Both the position numbers and the translations under genes were made by a program. Below are positions 1 through 24,720 of a DNA stretch of 64,000 nt, one piece after another. Positions within the stretch are counted from its first letter, which is position 1. Every line of letters begins with the position of its first letter. Under the pieces are notes generated by a model. It saw only the letters and a list, made by a program, of their open reading frames with translations. It had not been told where the DNA came from and did no database searches. The stretch is from NCBI GenBank assembly GCA_051294375.1, contig CM119267.1, positions 19,962,251-20,026,250 on the forward strand. The letters run 5' to 3'. The DNA is from Paraspadella gotoi (Eukaryota; Animalia; Chaetognatha).

Positions 1-205
1 TCATCCCCTTCTCTCTCTCTTTCTCTCACTCCTCTTTCCCCTCTTCCCTCTCAATCCCCTTCTCTCCTCTCTTCTCTCACTCTCTCTTCCCTCTCAATCC
101 CCTCTCTCCCTCTTTCTCTCACTCCTCTTCCCTCTCAATCCTTCTCTCTCTCTTTCTCTCACCCTCTTCCTCTCAAATCCCTCCTCTCCTTCATCTTCTC
201 TTTTC
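1..205. repeat. CT-rich minisatellite (~42-45 bp unit)
   Basis: Recurrent CTCTCAATCCC..CTTTCTCTCACTCCTCTTCC. Confidence 0.8.
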
Positions 206-794
206 TGCTCACTTCGCCTGTCCAAAGTCAGGGGCAAGGTAGCTTATTTATTTCTTTATTTATTCGAACGCGGCAAGGAACGCAATAGATTCGAACTAAA
301 TCGGTCTTTCCTCCCCAATCACGCTCGTTCACGGAAACGCATTCACCGTCATATGAACGCCGGTCACGAAAATATTGAAGGCGGAGATTTTTCGTCACGG
401 CCGGGCTGGGAGGGATGAGCGGAGCTCAGGCCAAGGCCGCCGTCATCGCTGGGTGGGCAAAACTCGGTTTCGTTGGGATGGTGGGAAGGACGGGAAGGTG
501 TATTCGAGCGAAGAAACCCGACGAATTCGATTTCTTATTGGTCGACCCCCAAAACATTTTTTAAACCAATATGTCCAATATTGGAAGCTTAATCCGATAA
601 TNNNNNNNNNNNNNNNNNNNNNNNNNNNNNNNNNNNNNNNNNNNNNNNNNNNNNNNNNNNNNNNNNNNNNNNNNNNNNNNNNNNNNNNNNNNNNNNNNNN
701 NNNNNNNNNNNNNNNNNNNNNNNNNNNNNNNNNNNNNNNNNNNNNNNNNNNNNNNNNNNNNNNNNNNNNNNNNNNNNNNNNNATTTGTTATCAG

Positions 795-3700
795 ATGCAT
801 CGGCGTGATAGCGGAGGTGAGCGAAGAGGCGTTGCTTAAGCGTTTTCATCAAGGTTGGCTCCAGGAGGTCGCGGAGGATCTCGACGACCTCATCGAGAGA
901 ATTCGTCAGCGTCGATCCGAGGGTGAGAAATGAAGATGGTAGAGGTGTGCGAAGAGAGAGACTGAAGAGACGGTATCAATGACAAAGGAGAAAAAACTTT
1001 TTTTTCCTTTGTTTGCTTTCGAATCCTTTAGGCGCTGCCACAAGCATCGGATACCTTGGCAACGCAGTGACGCTTTGGGAACGCCTCGTGGTCGAATTGG
1101 AGGCGACCGGAGAGCTGCTCGTTGATCTTGGCTCCGATCAAACCTCTTGTCACAATCCTTTCGGCGGAGGCTACTGTCCGGTACAACTTGGATTCGAGGA
1201 AGCCAATCGGTGAGCGAAATAAAAAATATATTTTTGGAGAGGACGAAATCTTACGTTGACTTCTCCGAGTGCTAATCTTTTGTTTTTATTCTTTAGAGTT
1301 TTGGCCGACGACCCAGAGGAGTTTAAAAATCTGGTGAGGAACTCGTTGCGACGCCACGCGGCAGCAATCAACGTTCTTGCCGCTCAAGGGATGTTCTTCT
1401 GGGACTATGGCAACGCTTTTCTGTTGGAGGGTGAGTGAAAATAAAAGGCAGATCTTGGTAGGCAGATAAGAAAAAAAAGATATAACAATGAAAAATAAAT
1501 AAAACGCAAAAATAGATGGGGAAAGAGAAAAAAAGCAAAAAAAAAAAAAAAAAANNNNNNNNNNNNNNNNNNNNNNNNNNNNNNNNNNNNNNNNNNNNNN
1601 NNNNNNNNNNNNNNNNNNNNNNNNNNNNNNNNNNNNNNNNNNNAAATAAAGAAATAAAGAAATAAAGAAATAAAGAAAGAAAATAAATATGTCTCTTTCT
1701 CCTCCTCTCATCTCTGTCACATCTCAAGTGCATTTCTTTCAATTAACCATTTTTGTCTGTCCACTTCGACTATTCGACTTTGGGAAAAAAAAACCGGTTC
1801 AACGATTAAATTCAGGGTTTTCTCTTTCATTTTCCTTAAAAACGTTACGAAACAACATCATCTTGTCGGGGGCGACTTTTAAGAAGAAGAAAGATAAATT
1901 TAAAAAAACAAAACAAAACCAAAAAAAACCAAAAAACAAAAACAATAAAATAAACGCAGATAACCAAAGACTTGACTCAAAGTCCCAAAGTCTTGAGGAA
2001 GGCTCGCCTTCGAAAGAACCGACCATATCTTAGTCGGAACGATGCCTCGATGCTTGGTGCTCTTCGATTGGTTCCACATCCACGACAGGCGACTCCGCGG
2101 CGCCTGGATGGTCCTCTTCGCCTGTTTCGTCGTCGTCCTCTACATCGTCGACTTCACCAACAACATCACTCAGGCGATGCAGTATAAAAGGTGAGCGTCG
2201 GAAGTGAAGAAGGTAGAAGGTTGAAAATCATCAGTCTTTGCTTCGACATTTTCGAAATATTCAAATTCCCTCTTTCCCGACAGCTCTGGCGACAAAGCTT
2301 GGTACCAACTGACGTTGAGCCTCGTTTTGGTCGCGGCTTTCGTCGACGTCATCCTCGGCTGCGTCATCCTCTACCTCAAAGCCGTGGAGACAGACTCAGA
2401 GGTGTTCGTCTGGAACGAGACGGGTCACAGAGAATTCTTGTTGATCGGGTGAGCGGTATTGGTATTGGCATTTACGATTTAGCTCATTTGAAGTGTCTTT
2501 TTTAACATAATTTTAAATAGCTTATATAATAAATCGTAAATATTATAAATCATAAATAAATATATATAAATAATACTATTTTAATAACGAGGTTTGATTT
2601 TTTTTATTTTCAAATATGTCATAATTTTTTTTTCTTTTGGTAACAGTTTCGCCATGACGCTCGCTCTCCTCGGTCCCGTCTTCTGGGAGATGATGTCTCT
2701 CCTCCTCTTCCTCCTCGCCGACCCCGACGACCCCGCCTTCCTCGAGGCCTCCATGATTTCCAGCATCCTGCGCCTCGTCACCGCCGTGCTTTCCAACCTG
2801 CCGCAGTCCCTGCTGCAGATTTACATAGTGGGCCGACAGAACCGCGCCACGACGCTGCAGATTGGCAGCATCGCTTTTTCGGCGCTCAGCGACATCGTGG
2901 GTCTGCTGCAAACGCCGATGACTTACCTGACGACTCTGGAGCATCCGGAGGCTAACCCTCTGGCGTCGAGGTTCCGGCCCAAGTTTCGGTTCGAGGAGCG
3001 CCTCTCTCGGCGAGTCTATTATCTTCTCGGTGCTTTTTGTTTTCTCTTTCTCCTTTCCCTGGGAAGCCACTTTATCGCCGTCGGCTTGTTCGCCGCATTT
3101 TTCGGCTCGGTATTCTCTACTGCCGTGCTACTGCCGCTGCTGCAGACCGCCCTTCTGGCCGTCAACTTGATAATGCTGCTGCGGAACTCGTGCCAACGAC
3201 GCCGTTTGATGGCAGGGGCGGCGACAGTCGTGTTGGGAGCCCTCGTCACCGGCGTCGTGGCCTTCGCGGCGTCGCTGTGGTTGGTTGGAGTCAAGATGGC
3301 GACGACGAACGACTCTGCACCTTTGTTGGAGGGTTCAATCGCCCCTTCGTCTGCTTCACAAGCCCCAAACAACTTCTCGAAGACACTTTCTGACGTCGTT
3401 GTCCCCTCCTTTATGATAGACGCTTATTCAGCGTCTTCTCTCGTCCCTACGATCTCCTCTCTCGCTGATCCCAACTCTGTTACGCTTTCTGCCGCCCCTT
3501 TCTCCACGTCACTCAAACCTGCTGTCACACCAATAGCCCTTTCAAGCTACTTAGTCGCCTCTGCTACGTTTGATAGCTCAGTCTCAGTTTTCGTCTCCAC
3601 AAACTCAATCGTCTTATCGGCCACGCCTACCACATCCAACATAACACCTTCCACCTCCTCCGTCTACCCTTATCCCTCCTTCGCCGTCGTTTCCACGGCC

Positions 3701-5865
3701 TTCTATCCTCCATTCAATTCCACCAACTCCATTTGGCCCTCTTGCCGACCCCCGCCCGGCGCCGGGGTCATAACCGGCGTGCCCTCCTTCGTTTGGCCCG
3801 ACACGTCCTTAACGCTGCTGAAACTTCTCCCTTGCTACGACGACCCCGACGGCCATCGTCTCTCCATCAATTCCTCGCGACTGCTGGAGTGCGAAGCGAC
3901 GTCGGGGTTAAACATCAGCCTCGACATCGACCAAGTCTGGCTAGCGCTGACCACGCCGCTCTGGTGCGTCTCCGACGTCGCCGACGTCGTCTTCGTCGTC
4001 GTCTTCGTCTCGGATGTCGTCAACTACGGTCTTCTCTTTCTCTTTGTCGTCTTTTGTTTCTGCGACGCGTTGTGGGGCGACGGGAATCCCTCGGCTTGGG
4101 CGTCGACGACGACGCCGACGATGGCGACGAGGAAGAAAGCCTTTTGTTAGATTAAAAACATTTTTGTACAGTCCATGGCGTTCACTTTTTTATACGTAAT
4201 ATACAAATTAATCAATCAATTATTGTTGTTTTTTTTTCTTTAATGAGAGTAGTCAGTACGTACATAAGCAAGTAAAACAGTTGTAAAAATTCAACGTTTT
4301 CGACGAGATACAACTGCTTTTCTTTATTTTTTTGATTTTTTTTTATTATTGAAATAATCATGGATCTTTTTCTCTTCCAAAAAGCTCTTCGGGCTGGAGC
4401 GGATGTGTCGGATCCGGAAGACACGCTGGGAACCAAGTTCAAGTATCCGTCCTACGTTCAGGTAAAAAGCTGAATTTAAAAATGCGTATTGTGTAAACTC
4501 GGTAAAATATATCAGAATGTTTATAAAATTGAAGGACATCATGGGCGACATCTTTTCAATGGGGTTCGGCCCTTTTCGTTGGGTGTGCACCTCGTGCGAA
4601 GCCGAGGATCTGGAGACGACCGACCAAATCGCAGCGGAAGTAAAAAGAGTTGTTTGTTCATCGATTGATTGATTTATGATTGTGGTTATAAACAAACAAC
4701 CCAATCAAATCATCAGGTTTTAACGGAAATCGTAGGGTCAGGAGTACCGGAAATCACTAAGCAATGTTACGAGGACAACATCAAGTGGATCAAGGAAGCA
4801 GGTGAAACAGTCTACTAGTTAACTTCTCTTCTTCCCTTTTTTATGTCGTGCAGTATCTTAACCATTTACAGGCCGCCACGACCTGGTGGTTGGCTCCCAG
4901 GCGCGTATTCTCTACGCAGATCAACGCGGGCGCGTCGCTGTCGCGACCGCTTTCAACGCCGCCGTCGTCGAAGGAAGAATATCAGCGCCCGTGGTCATCA
5001 GTCGCGATCACCACGACGTCAGCGGCACTGATAGGTAAATAAAATAGTATTAGAAAAAATATTTTTCTCTTATGTTTTTTTTTTTAGAGAATACATTGAA
5101 CCAAAAAATTACCCAGCTCTCATCTGCCGGAAGAAAAATGCAACAAAAGAACAACAATTTGGCTTATAAAAAGCTCGAGTGAAAAAGTTTCTGAGAAGCC
5201 GACGTCGTATTCTAGTAATTTTTATAAATGATAAAAGTGAAATGTAATTTTCTCTCCATCTCCGCCCTCGCCACAGCCCCTTCAGGGAGACATCGAACAT
5301 CTACGACGGTTCCGCATTCTGCGCCGACATGGCGACGCAGAACGTGATCGGCGATGCGGCGCGCGGCGCCACGTGGGTGGCGCTGCACAACGGAGGCGGC
5401 GTCGGTTGGGGCGAAGTCATAAACGGAGGATTCGGTCTTCTGTTGGACGGAACCGACGATGCCGCTCGAAAGGCTAAGGTTGGCGTATTTTCTCTTTTCT
5501 ATTCTCCGCCCGTTCAATTTATAGATATAATTATTAAATAATTAATCAAACAATAAAAATTCCTTTACCCTTCTAATCATACATTCGAACACTTTCGCTT
5601 GCCCGAAAGTCTATGCTAAATTGGGATGTGTCCAATGGAGTTGCGCGTCGAGCGTGGTCGGGCAACGCGAGCGCCATCTCGACGATCCGGTCGACGATGA
5701 CACGAGACGATAAGTTGGAGGTTACGATTCCGCATAAGGTGGGCGTAGCGGTTTTCTTTGAAATCGTTGTATGTTTGTTTTAAATTTTATTTCATACTTT
5801 TATATCAGGTGTCAGAGGATCTAATAATTGGCGGAGGTTTTTCAGAAACGGACCTGGAGCGATGA
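795..5865 (+). CDS. UROC1: Urocanate hydratase (eukaryotic urocanase), 3' part; 10 coding exons, 5' exons lie outside the window or in the gap
   Basis: Exons 795-922, 1032-1209, 1297-1430, 4385-4461, 4535-4639, 4717-4801, 4872-5034, 5277-5478, 5610-5738, 5809-5865, all GT-AG with matching phases. The translation contains CIGVIAEV, LVDLGSDQTSCHNPF, FFWDYGNAFLLE, YPSYVQDIMGDIF, VVGSQARILY, RDHHDVSGTDSPFRETSNIYDGS, GATWVALHNGGGVGWGEVINGGFG and WDVSNGVARRAWSGN, which are urocanase motifs. Confidence 0.97.
2042..4150 (+). CDS. XK-related (Xkr/CED-8 family-like) multipass membrane protein, nested in UROC1 intron 1431-4384
   Basis: Exons 2042-2190, 2284-2448, 2647-4150 (phases 2, 2; GT-AG), ~605 aa. 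LYIVDFTNNI..QY..SGDKAWYQLTLSLV and ILRLVTAVLSNLPQSLLQIYIV resemble the XK helix motifs LYxxDxxxD..Y...G...W..LTL and LRLxExxLExxPQxxLQxY. Many hydrophobic segments. The gene model is firm; the family call is by eye. Confidence 0.8.
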
Positions 5866-6700
5866 TGAATATTTTTTTTCGGAAGAAATTAAGCTTCATA
5901 AAAAATATCAAAATGAAAAAAAAATAATTTGCTTTTGCGCAGATTTCCTCATAAAATCGAGATCGGTCTAACAGTTGATTACAAGGAAAAATTTAGTTAA
6001 AGAAACGTTTAATTGTAGCATAAACTAATACGCGATTTGGTAAAAGAAAAATGCGGAAAAAAAAAGTAATAAAAAATCTGAGAGTAAAAAAGCGGAGCAA
6101 CAATCACCAAATTATTCTTTTGAGTATCATACGAAGTAAACGAATAATTAAAAGCCAAAAAAACAAAACGTTTGTGGAGTTTGCGTTGGCGCAATGACGA
6201 ATTAGAAAATCAGTAATAGTAAATTTCGATCTTTCAATAATTGAAAGTCGATTCCGCAAAATGTAAACTTTGAAGCTAAATCTTCATTGCGAAAAACAAA
6301 ATAATACCCGATTAAGACTATATAAGTTGAACATTAATTATCAAGAAATATGAAAGTTTCAGAGGCTTAAAATGTAGTAAAAACCGGGTGAAGGGAAAAA
6401 CTTGAAATAATTAGAATTTCGGAGTTAAGAATCACGCTAGCTACTTAATCTTTTTAATTGGTCGAACCAATTTGACAAGAGTATTTACGGAGGTATTTTT
6501 TCAGAGCTATACGTTTACCGGGTAATTTGACAAGAAGGAAAAACAAATTTCTTATCTCTTCAGTTTTCAGCTTATACCTCTGAAAAATAAAAGAAATAAC
6601 GAACTAACAATTAAATATTAAAAAAAAAGGGGGGGAAGCCAACATTTCAAGGCGGCCGGAAAGATTTGCCTCTTCGCGCCAAGATCCCGTCGTCCGCGCT

Positions 6701-17954
<11,254 letters not shown>

Positions 17955-19951
17955 CGTTCGTCTCCACCGGGATTCGAACCTTCGACCTTCCGAGAACGAG
18001 TTCCGTCCTTCGCTAAGAGTCATTTTCACGATTTGAGAAAGGATTTATATATTGGCGGGATTTTCTTTCGGAGGAGAGTCTTGTTTTCGTTGTTATTGTT
18101 TTCCTTTCAAATCGGGGAAATTAAAAAAAAACGCGGAAGTTTTCTTTCGAAATTTGAAGAAATGCAGGATTCTGCGTCGTCGTCGTCGTCATCATCGTCG
18201 TAAAACGAATCTTTTCTGAGTAAGAAGAGATCTTGAATTCGAAACAACAAAATTTTTGTTTAAAAAAAAACAACTGTTTTCTTTATCTGCTTTTTTTTTT
18301 TTGAAGTTGCTTATCGGGCCTTCGATCTCGTCGCTATTTTTATCCAGTTTGACGATGTCGTTTTCGCCGTCGCCGTCGTCGTCGTCGTCGTCGTCGTCGC
18401 CATGGCAGACGAGAGTGAATCCGTGAAAGACGAATGGTCTTCTTGTGATCTGAAGAGAGAGAGAGAGGGGCCGGGGGGGGGGGGTGAACCAAATAAAAAA
18501 GATAAGATTGATTAGATCACTGTAGTAGCCAGTTAAGTGCGATCGCGCGAAGAAAGAAAAAAAAACGCCTCTTAAAAATTCAGAGTCAATTTTTTTTAGT
18601 TTTCTTTCTCTTTCTTTATTTCACTCGAAAAATTCGTCGGGATCGAATTCGTAGATTAAAACAGATTTTGTTTAAAATAAAAAAGGCGGGGAAATGAGGT
18701 TCAAAGTTCTTAAAATGTTTCGTTCGTCCGATTTGAGTTTCGGTTCGTCTCGTTTTAGCGCAATCCAGCCCCGATTTAAGGCAACTCGACCGCATTTAAA
18801 GAATCCGAAAACAAATTTATATATCCGAGGTTCTCGGCCGATTCAAGTTTCTGGTAGAATTGTTTCGGGCGTCTCACCCGTCCCAAGATTAGTCACTATT
18901 CGGACCTATCCAACCTCAGTAGTGCGTATTTCTCCCGGGTTAAACGCGATTAAAAAAACTCTGGTGTACGCATTTCGACCAATTTCAACGCAATTATTCC
19001 CGATTAGCGCACGCGGCCCAATTTAACCAATCCATGTTGATTTAATGTTGTTCGAACCGACTTAACGCGATTCGAAGATATTTTTTTCTCTTTCCCAAAG
19101 TTCGGAGGTTGCAACTTGGCCGACCAAAGAAAAAAAGAAAGAAAAAAGGCGATGAAGAAAACGCAAACAATGATTATCATGCGAAAGGCGCTCGGCGAGA
19201 GAGAAAGAGAATTAAGAAGCTTATATGCAAATGAGATCTGGCGAAAATAAGGTTGGGGGGAGAATGGGGGAGGCAGGGAGGAAGAATGAGAGAGAGAGAG
19301 AGAGAGAGAATGAAGTAGAACCAGTGGACGCAGATAGTTTGTGGACCGAGAGAGACTGAGATATCTCTCTCAAGCTCTCTCCTCTTCTCCCCCGGTCAAC
19401 CTCAGTCAGACTTTTGATCGCCAATTTAGTTTTGATAGATTCCGCTTGCTTGGACTAATTTCCCTCGGTATTTTAACCATTTTCCTACGGCATTTACACT
19501 GGCATTTTCACCGACAATACTGGATTTATGGATTGATTTATGATGGATTTCTTTTGCATTACATTTTGATTTCTCTTCGATTTCTTCTACATTTTTCGTC
19601 GAGATTTATTGACAGTATAGAGTCAGTGGATGCCTTGTCGGTTGCGGTATTTAGCCGAGACTTTCCTGGACCAACTGATATTGCTTGGAGCGGCATAGAG
19701 AGACGGAACTTCTCTACAGAGAGAGAGAGAACATCCTGGAACGTGAAAATATTTCCGTACAAAAATTCGTCGGAACATTTAATTTTTTGGAGGCGGAACG
19801 ACAACCGAATCGTTACTCGTTTTAGGCGACGGTCGACGTCAGAGAGAAAGTCTCGATCTTTGAGATCGAATTTACGATACAAACGGGAAAGAAAAAAATA
19901 AAAATAAACATGAAACTTCCCCGCGTTGAGTTTATTTTAGAAACGAAAAAC

Positions 19952-19991
<40 letters not shown>

Positions 19992-20869
19992 AGAAGAGAG
20001 AGAGAGAGAAAGAAAATTGATATCGCGAAACGAGAGGGAGGAACCAACAGCTGCGAGGCAACCAAAGAGTTGAGGGTTCGAAACTCGTTAAGGATCGCAA
20101 GATTTTGATCTTTTATGACTATATTGACTAGATCAGTAAATGAACACGAAAGATGATAGAAGAGGAAAAGGCAAGTAAATAGATTGGAGACTAAAAAAAT
20201 TAGGACAATCCATTTTTGAATTTGGGATCGATTGAAAAACGCAGGTCATTCGATCTGAAAAAAGCGGGATGATCGATCGTAGACTGAAAAACGCAGAACA
20301 ATTGAACAAAAACAAAAACAAGAAACGGGGATCGATTAACATCCAGAAAATGAAATATAAGAAATAAAGAGTGGACATAAGCTACAGGAGCGATCAAAGA
20401 ACAATGAAAAGTGATGAAAAAAAAAAAGGAAGTAAAACTTAAAAATGTAAAAAAAAAAATTACCTGACAAATAAAAAAAAAAAAAACTAAGAACTTAAAG
20501 AAGAGCAGAGAATCAATGAGAGACTTTTTAAAAATAATAATAATTTCTTAAAGACATTATAAGAAGCTTGCTAATATCGTAATAATAACAATAAAAACTG
20601 TATCGATTAAATTATTTGGAAATGGCCCGACGATTCAAGAATTCCAGCGTCGAACCCACGAGTCAGGTCGGTCGATCTCCGCCTCGCAACTTCGTCATTC
20701 TCGTCGAAATCCTTGGAAGAAGATTATCGATGCAGACGTCACGAACACAAAGTCTGAGAAGGCATTGCGGGTTGGCGACTACACTGGACAGGATTGATCA
20801 GCGATAAAATCGTCTTCATAACAGAAAGGCGATAAATTGAAGGAATCGAATGCACTTATATATAACAGC

Positions 20870-21403
20870 GGTAGTCGACCAAATTCAAATTCTAATGGGA
20901 ACAGCCTGAAACAAATCCATTATTAGTTATTGTGTTAAAATATTTTTTTGAAAAAAAAAGTTCTTAACTATGAGTAATTCGCTAATTAAAATTATTATAT
21001 TGCTATATAATGTCAAAAAATTTTTTGGGATATTTTAAGTTTTTTTAATTGATTGTGAAAGAGCTCAAAAAGTTAAGCAAAATTAAAACTTTTTAAAATT
21101 TTTAGGTTTTATTATTGTTACTGCTAAAATCATCATCAGATGATGATTTTTTAAGGTTTTTCCCAATTTTTACTCACTTATCATCAAAGTATTGAAAAAA
21201 GAATTATACTTTGTGCAGACAACGTTTCAGAAACTATCTGAATCTGCTTTTAAAAATACAAAATTAAAAAAAAAGTTTTATATTTCCTATCTATAAATAA
21301 ATATTAAAAAATTAATTACTAGTGCTTCTAGACATTATAGTAAATTTTGGTCCATTGAAAATTTGGGAAGGTTCCCAAATCAAACTTCTGACCCACCCCA
21401 TTG
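20870..21403. mobile_element. Family-B repeat, diverged copy
   Basis: Collinear with 7089-7688, ending CACCCCATTGA. Confidence 0.7.
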
Positions 21404-22064
21404 ACAAAGATTGGCGATGTGGCGATGTGTTGAAGTAAAATTATTAAAGAGAAAAAAAGATCGTGAGGGAGAAAAAATATTCTAAATTAATACAATGAAT
21501 GCAGTAGAGATGTCATTATGAGATTTTCTCTGAAAATAGGAAGGTAGGTAAGTTAAAACGAAAACGTAAGATTAATCAAATTAAAATACAAATATTAAAG
21601 AACAAACGTAAAAATAGAAGAATTGGAACATCGGGGATATTTTTTGTTCGTTGACGCATGAATTGACTAAAAAAAAAATAAAATGAGGTGAACCTTGACG
21701 AAGACCGGCCATCGTAGTTTTCGTAGTTGTTATTGTCTTCGTCGTCTCAGACAATCTAGACAAAAGGTTCGATAGTTCGTTGACGGTCTAGCATATATAT
21801 TTTAATTTTAGTTATATTTAAGAAAAATTGAAGGTTTCTTTGACGTCGAAAGGTGTAGTATAATAGTTTATTATAGTTTATACCTTAGCCCCGCGGTTCA
21901 GTTGCGAGAAATTAAGCGCAAACGCTGTTGATAACTGGAAAATAGAAAGGCGGTGAAAACATTAGCCAACAACCAGTTTTGTGAGTGAGAGAAAGAGAAA
22001 GGTCAAACAGAGACCCGAGGTTTATTCGAATCGATGATAATTTGTTTTCTGAGCTAAAGAAATT

Positions 22065-22102
<38 letters not shown>

Positions 22103-22571
22103 TCGTATGACCTCGAGGTTCTCAAAAATCATCTTCAGTTTAATTCTTTTTTTTTTCCTAATTTTTATTAGTCCGTCGGAATTATTTTATAATGTTAAAG
22201 ACAAAAAAAAATACCGGCGAATAAAAATCTTTTGTCGGTTATCTTTCGATTTTTTTTCTTTTTTGTTTTATCGAATATGAAGACAAAAAAAAGAAGGCTT
22301 CGCTCTGATCGATCGATAACTCGGCTCTTTTTCCCAGAAGCGACATAAAAAAAGGCGGCTTCCAATTCTATGTCGCCGCGCGTACCGCTGCTGAGCGGCG
22401 GCTGAGTTGCGACTCCGCTGCGGCGCGGAGAAACAGAAATGGATGCGGCAGCGAGAGCGGAGAGGGTAAGTGCCGCTTTCTGCGCAAGGAAGAATAAAAA
22501 CAAAAGATAAATAGAAAGGAGAAGCTCTTGATATTTCGTAGTCGCGAGCCGATACGACGTATACTACGTAC

Positions 22572-23496
22572 TAGAGCATTTAAAAATAACAAAATATAAC
22601 AAATCGAATAAGGTACATAGCTATTTTAGTGTAATAAAGTCTGTAGAATTCGATGTTGATAACCATTTTTTTGTATAGTTTCATCTTCTTTGTCTGAAAT
22701 GGCGGTTTTTGCAGCATATAAGGAATTATTCAAATGGAGCATAAAAACTCAAATATTAAATTTTATAAAGGCTATAATATAAAAATAAAAACCCATGTAA
22801 ATATTTTGGTAAGTTTATTTATAAATTTTATATTTTATTAATTGTTTGTTAGTTATATTTATTAATAAATTATAATAAAAATTAAGCTAAAGTAAAAAAA
22901 TAAAAATTTTAAAATTTTAAGATCGGATTTGAATTCTTTACAAAAAGTATCATTTATTTTAATAAATCCTTTTATTAAGTAGGTTAAAAATATTAAAAAC
23001 TATTATTTTTGTTTAATTTTTTAATTTTTGGCTTAAAATTCTAATTTTTCTAAATTTTGGCCAACTTAATAACTTAATTTTGATATAAAAATTGTGTTTT
23101 TTATAAAAACTTTTTGCAAGGAATGCATATCCAGGAATATAATTTTGAAATTATCATTTTTTTGATTTTAACCTAATTTTTACTCTTAATTATTAATAAA
23201 TATAGCTAACCAACTTTTTATAAAACAAAATTTAAAAATAAACTTATCAAAATATTTTTATTAGTCTTTATTTTTATATTTCAAAAGCTTATATAAATTT
23301 TATAAACCAATTTTAATAATTTGGCTTATTATAACTTATAATGGTTGTGTTATTTTATGACAATTTTATATACATTAAAAATCGTCATTTCCAACAAGAA
23401 AATGGTCATCACCATCGAATTCTACAGATTTGTTTACACTAAAATACTATGTACCTTATTCGAATTTGTTATATTTTGTTATTTTTAAACGCCCTA
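22572..23496. mobile_element. Palindromic MITE, family C
   Basis: Terminal inverted repeats >100 bp (G[A/G]GCATTTAAAAATAACAAAATATAACAAATCGAATAAGGTACATAG), TA at both ends; partial relative at ~30330-30720. Confidence 0.85.
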
Positions 23497-23779
23497 ATAC
23501 GTACGTAGTAGTAAGGCCGAGTTTCTAAGAGAAAATAGATAAAAAGGGACTTACTTATAAAAGAAAATAATAACCTGCCTTTTCTCTCGTAGAAGATTTA
23601 TAAACTGTTTTACGACTAAATTATGTTTTAATAGATCTTTATCTTTAGCCTGATCTGCTTCTCGCAGATTTCGTCTCTTTGATTCAGTTTGTTGGTCTGC
23701 CGGTCGTTCCACATAGTTTCGTCGGTCATTCACCGAAACCATCTTAGAAAATCGAATTATTAAAAGGAGGCAAGCGTAT

Positions 23780-24247
23780 TAGGCCAACGGGACATTCGAA
23801 TATCGTTGGGCATATTTCCCCAAGACATCAACGACCCGGCACACATAAGTTCTACCTCACTGTCCTCACAGCCCATGACACGCCCATAACCCGTCCACAT
23901 CGGCAATGCCTCTCCTTCATGCTAAATTTGTAGCTCTTTCTTTCTCTCTTCTTTTACTTTTCTTCACCAATCACCATCTCTATTTCCGTTTTTACTTCAC
24001 TCTTAATAAATTAATTAATTAGTTATTTATTTCTCACATTGTTAATAATTTTATTGCACAAAAGTGTTTAAAAAACTGACTTGCAAGTTTGAAAAAAATC
24101 TTTAACCGTTGTACATTGTAAAAATGTATTATATCAAATTTAAATTTTCTCCTCACAATATTACTCACTCCATCCCAATCCGAATCTGTCCTCACCGCTG
24201 ACCGCTATCCTTTCCCTCAATATCTCTGTTAGCAACTTTAAACTTAG

Positions 24248-24296
<49 letters not shown>

Positions 24297-24300
24297 CTGC
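23780..24300 (+). mobile_element. Old Penelope 3'UTR/pLTR fragment
   Basis: ctgtcctcacagcccatgacac, gttgtacatt and tgtcctcacc..tatccttt..ctctgtt..aacttt..(CT)n occur in the same order as in 54440-54910. Confidence 0.5.
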
Positions 24301-24514
24301 TCTCTCTCACTGTTCTCTCTCTCTCTCATCGTCTCTCGTCTCATCTGCCTCCTGCATGTCCAGCTCTCCTCGCTCGTCCGCTCGTCTGTCCGTCCGGTCC
24401 TGATTCGTCTGGTCCCCCATTCTGTCCCTCTCCTCTCTCTCTTATAAACCGATTTTAATATTAATCGTTGTTGAACAAAATTAAAATTCTGTTACTTTGC
24501 AAAAAGAAAAAAAT

Positions 24515-24720
24515 TAGGAAAAAAGTGTTCGTCCGTCCGTCCGTATGACCGTCCGTCCATCCCCCTTAGCTTTAATCGTTATTTAATCATGAGTGGATCG
24601 GCCGATCAACTTGTGTGGATTAAAAAGTGTGCGATTGATCTGGAAATCAAGTTTTGACGGAATCGTCTGAGTGGAAATACGTATGGTAAAATATAAAAAC
24701 AAAAGATACGGTTTACTATT
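24515..24720 (+). mobile_element. HINE-like fragment
   Basis: (GTCC)n followed by a degenerate subrepeat. Confidence 0.5.

Noticed and set aside
375-852. ORFs spanning N runs (also 1286-1742, 42923-43616, 55591-55956)
   Set aside because: Gap artefacts.
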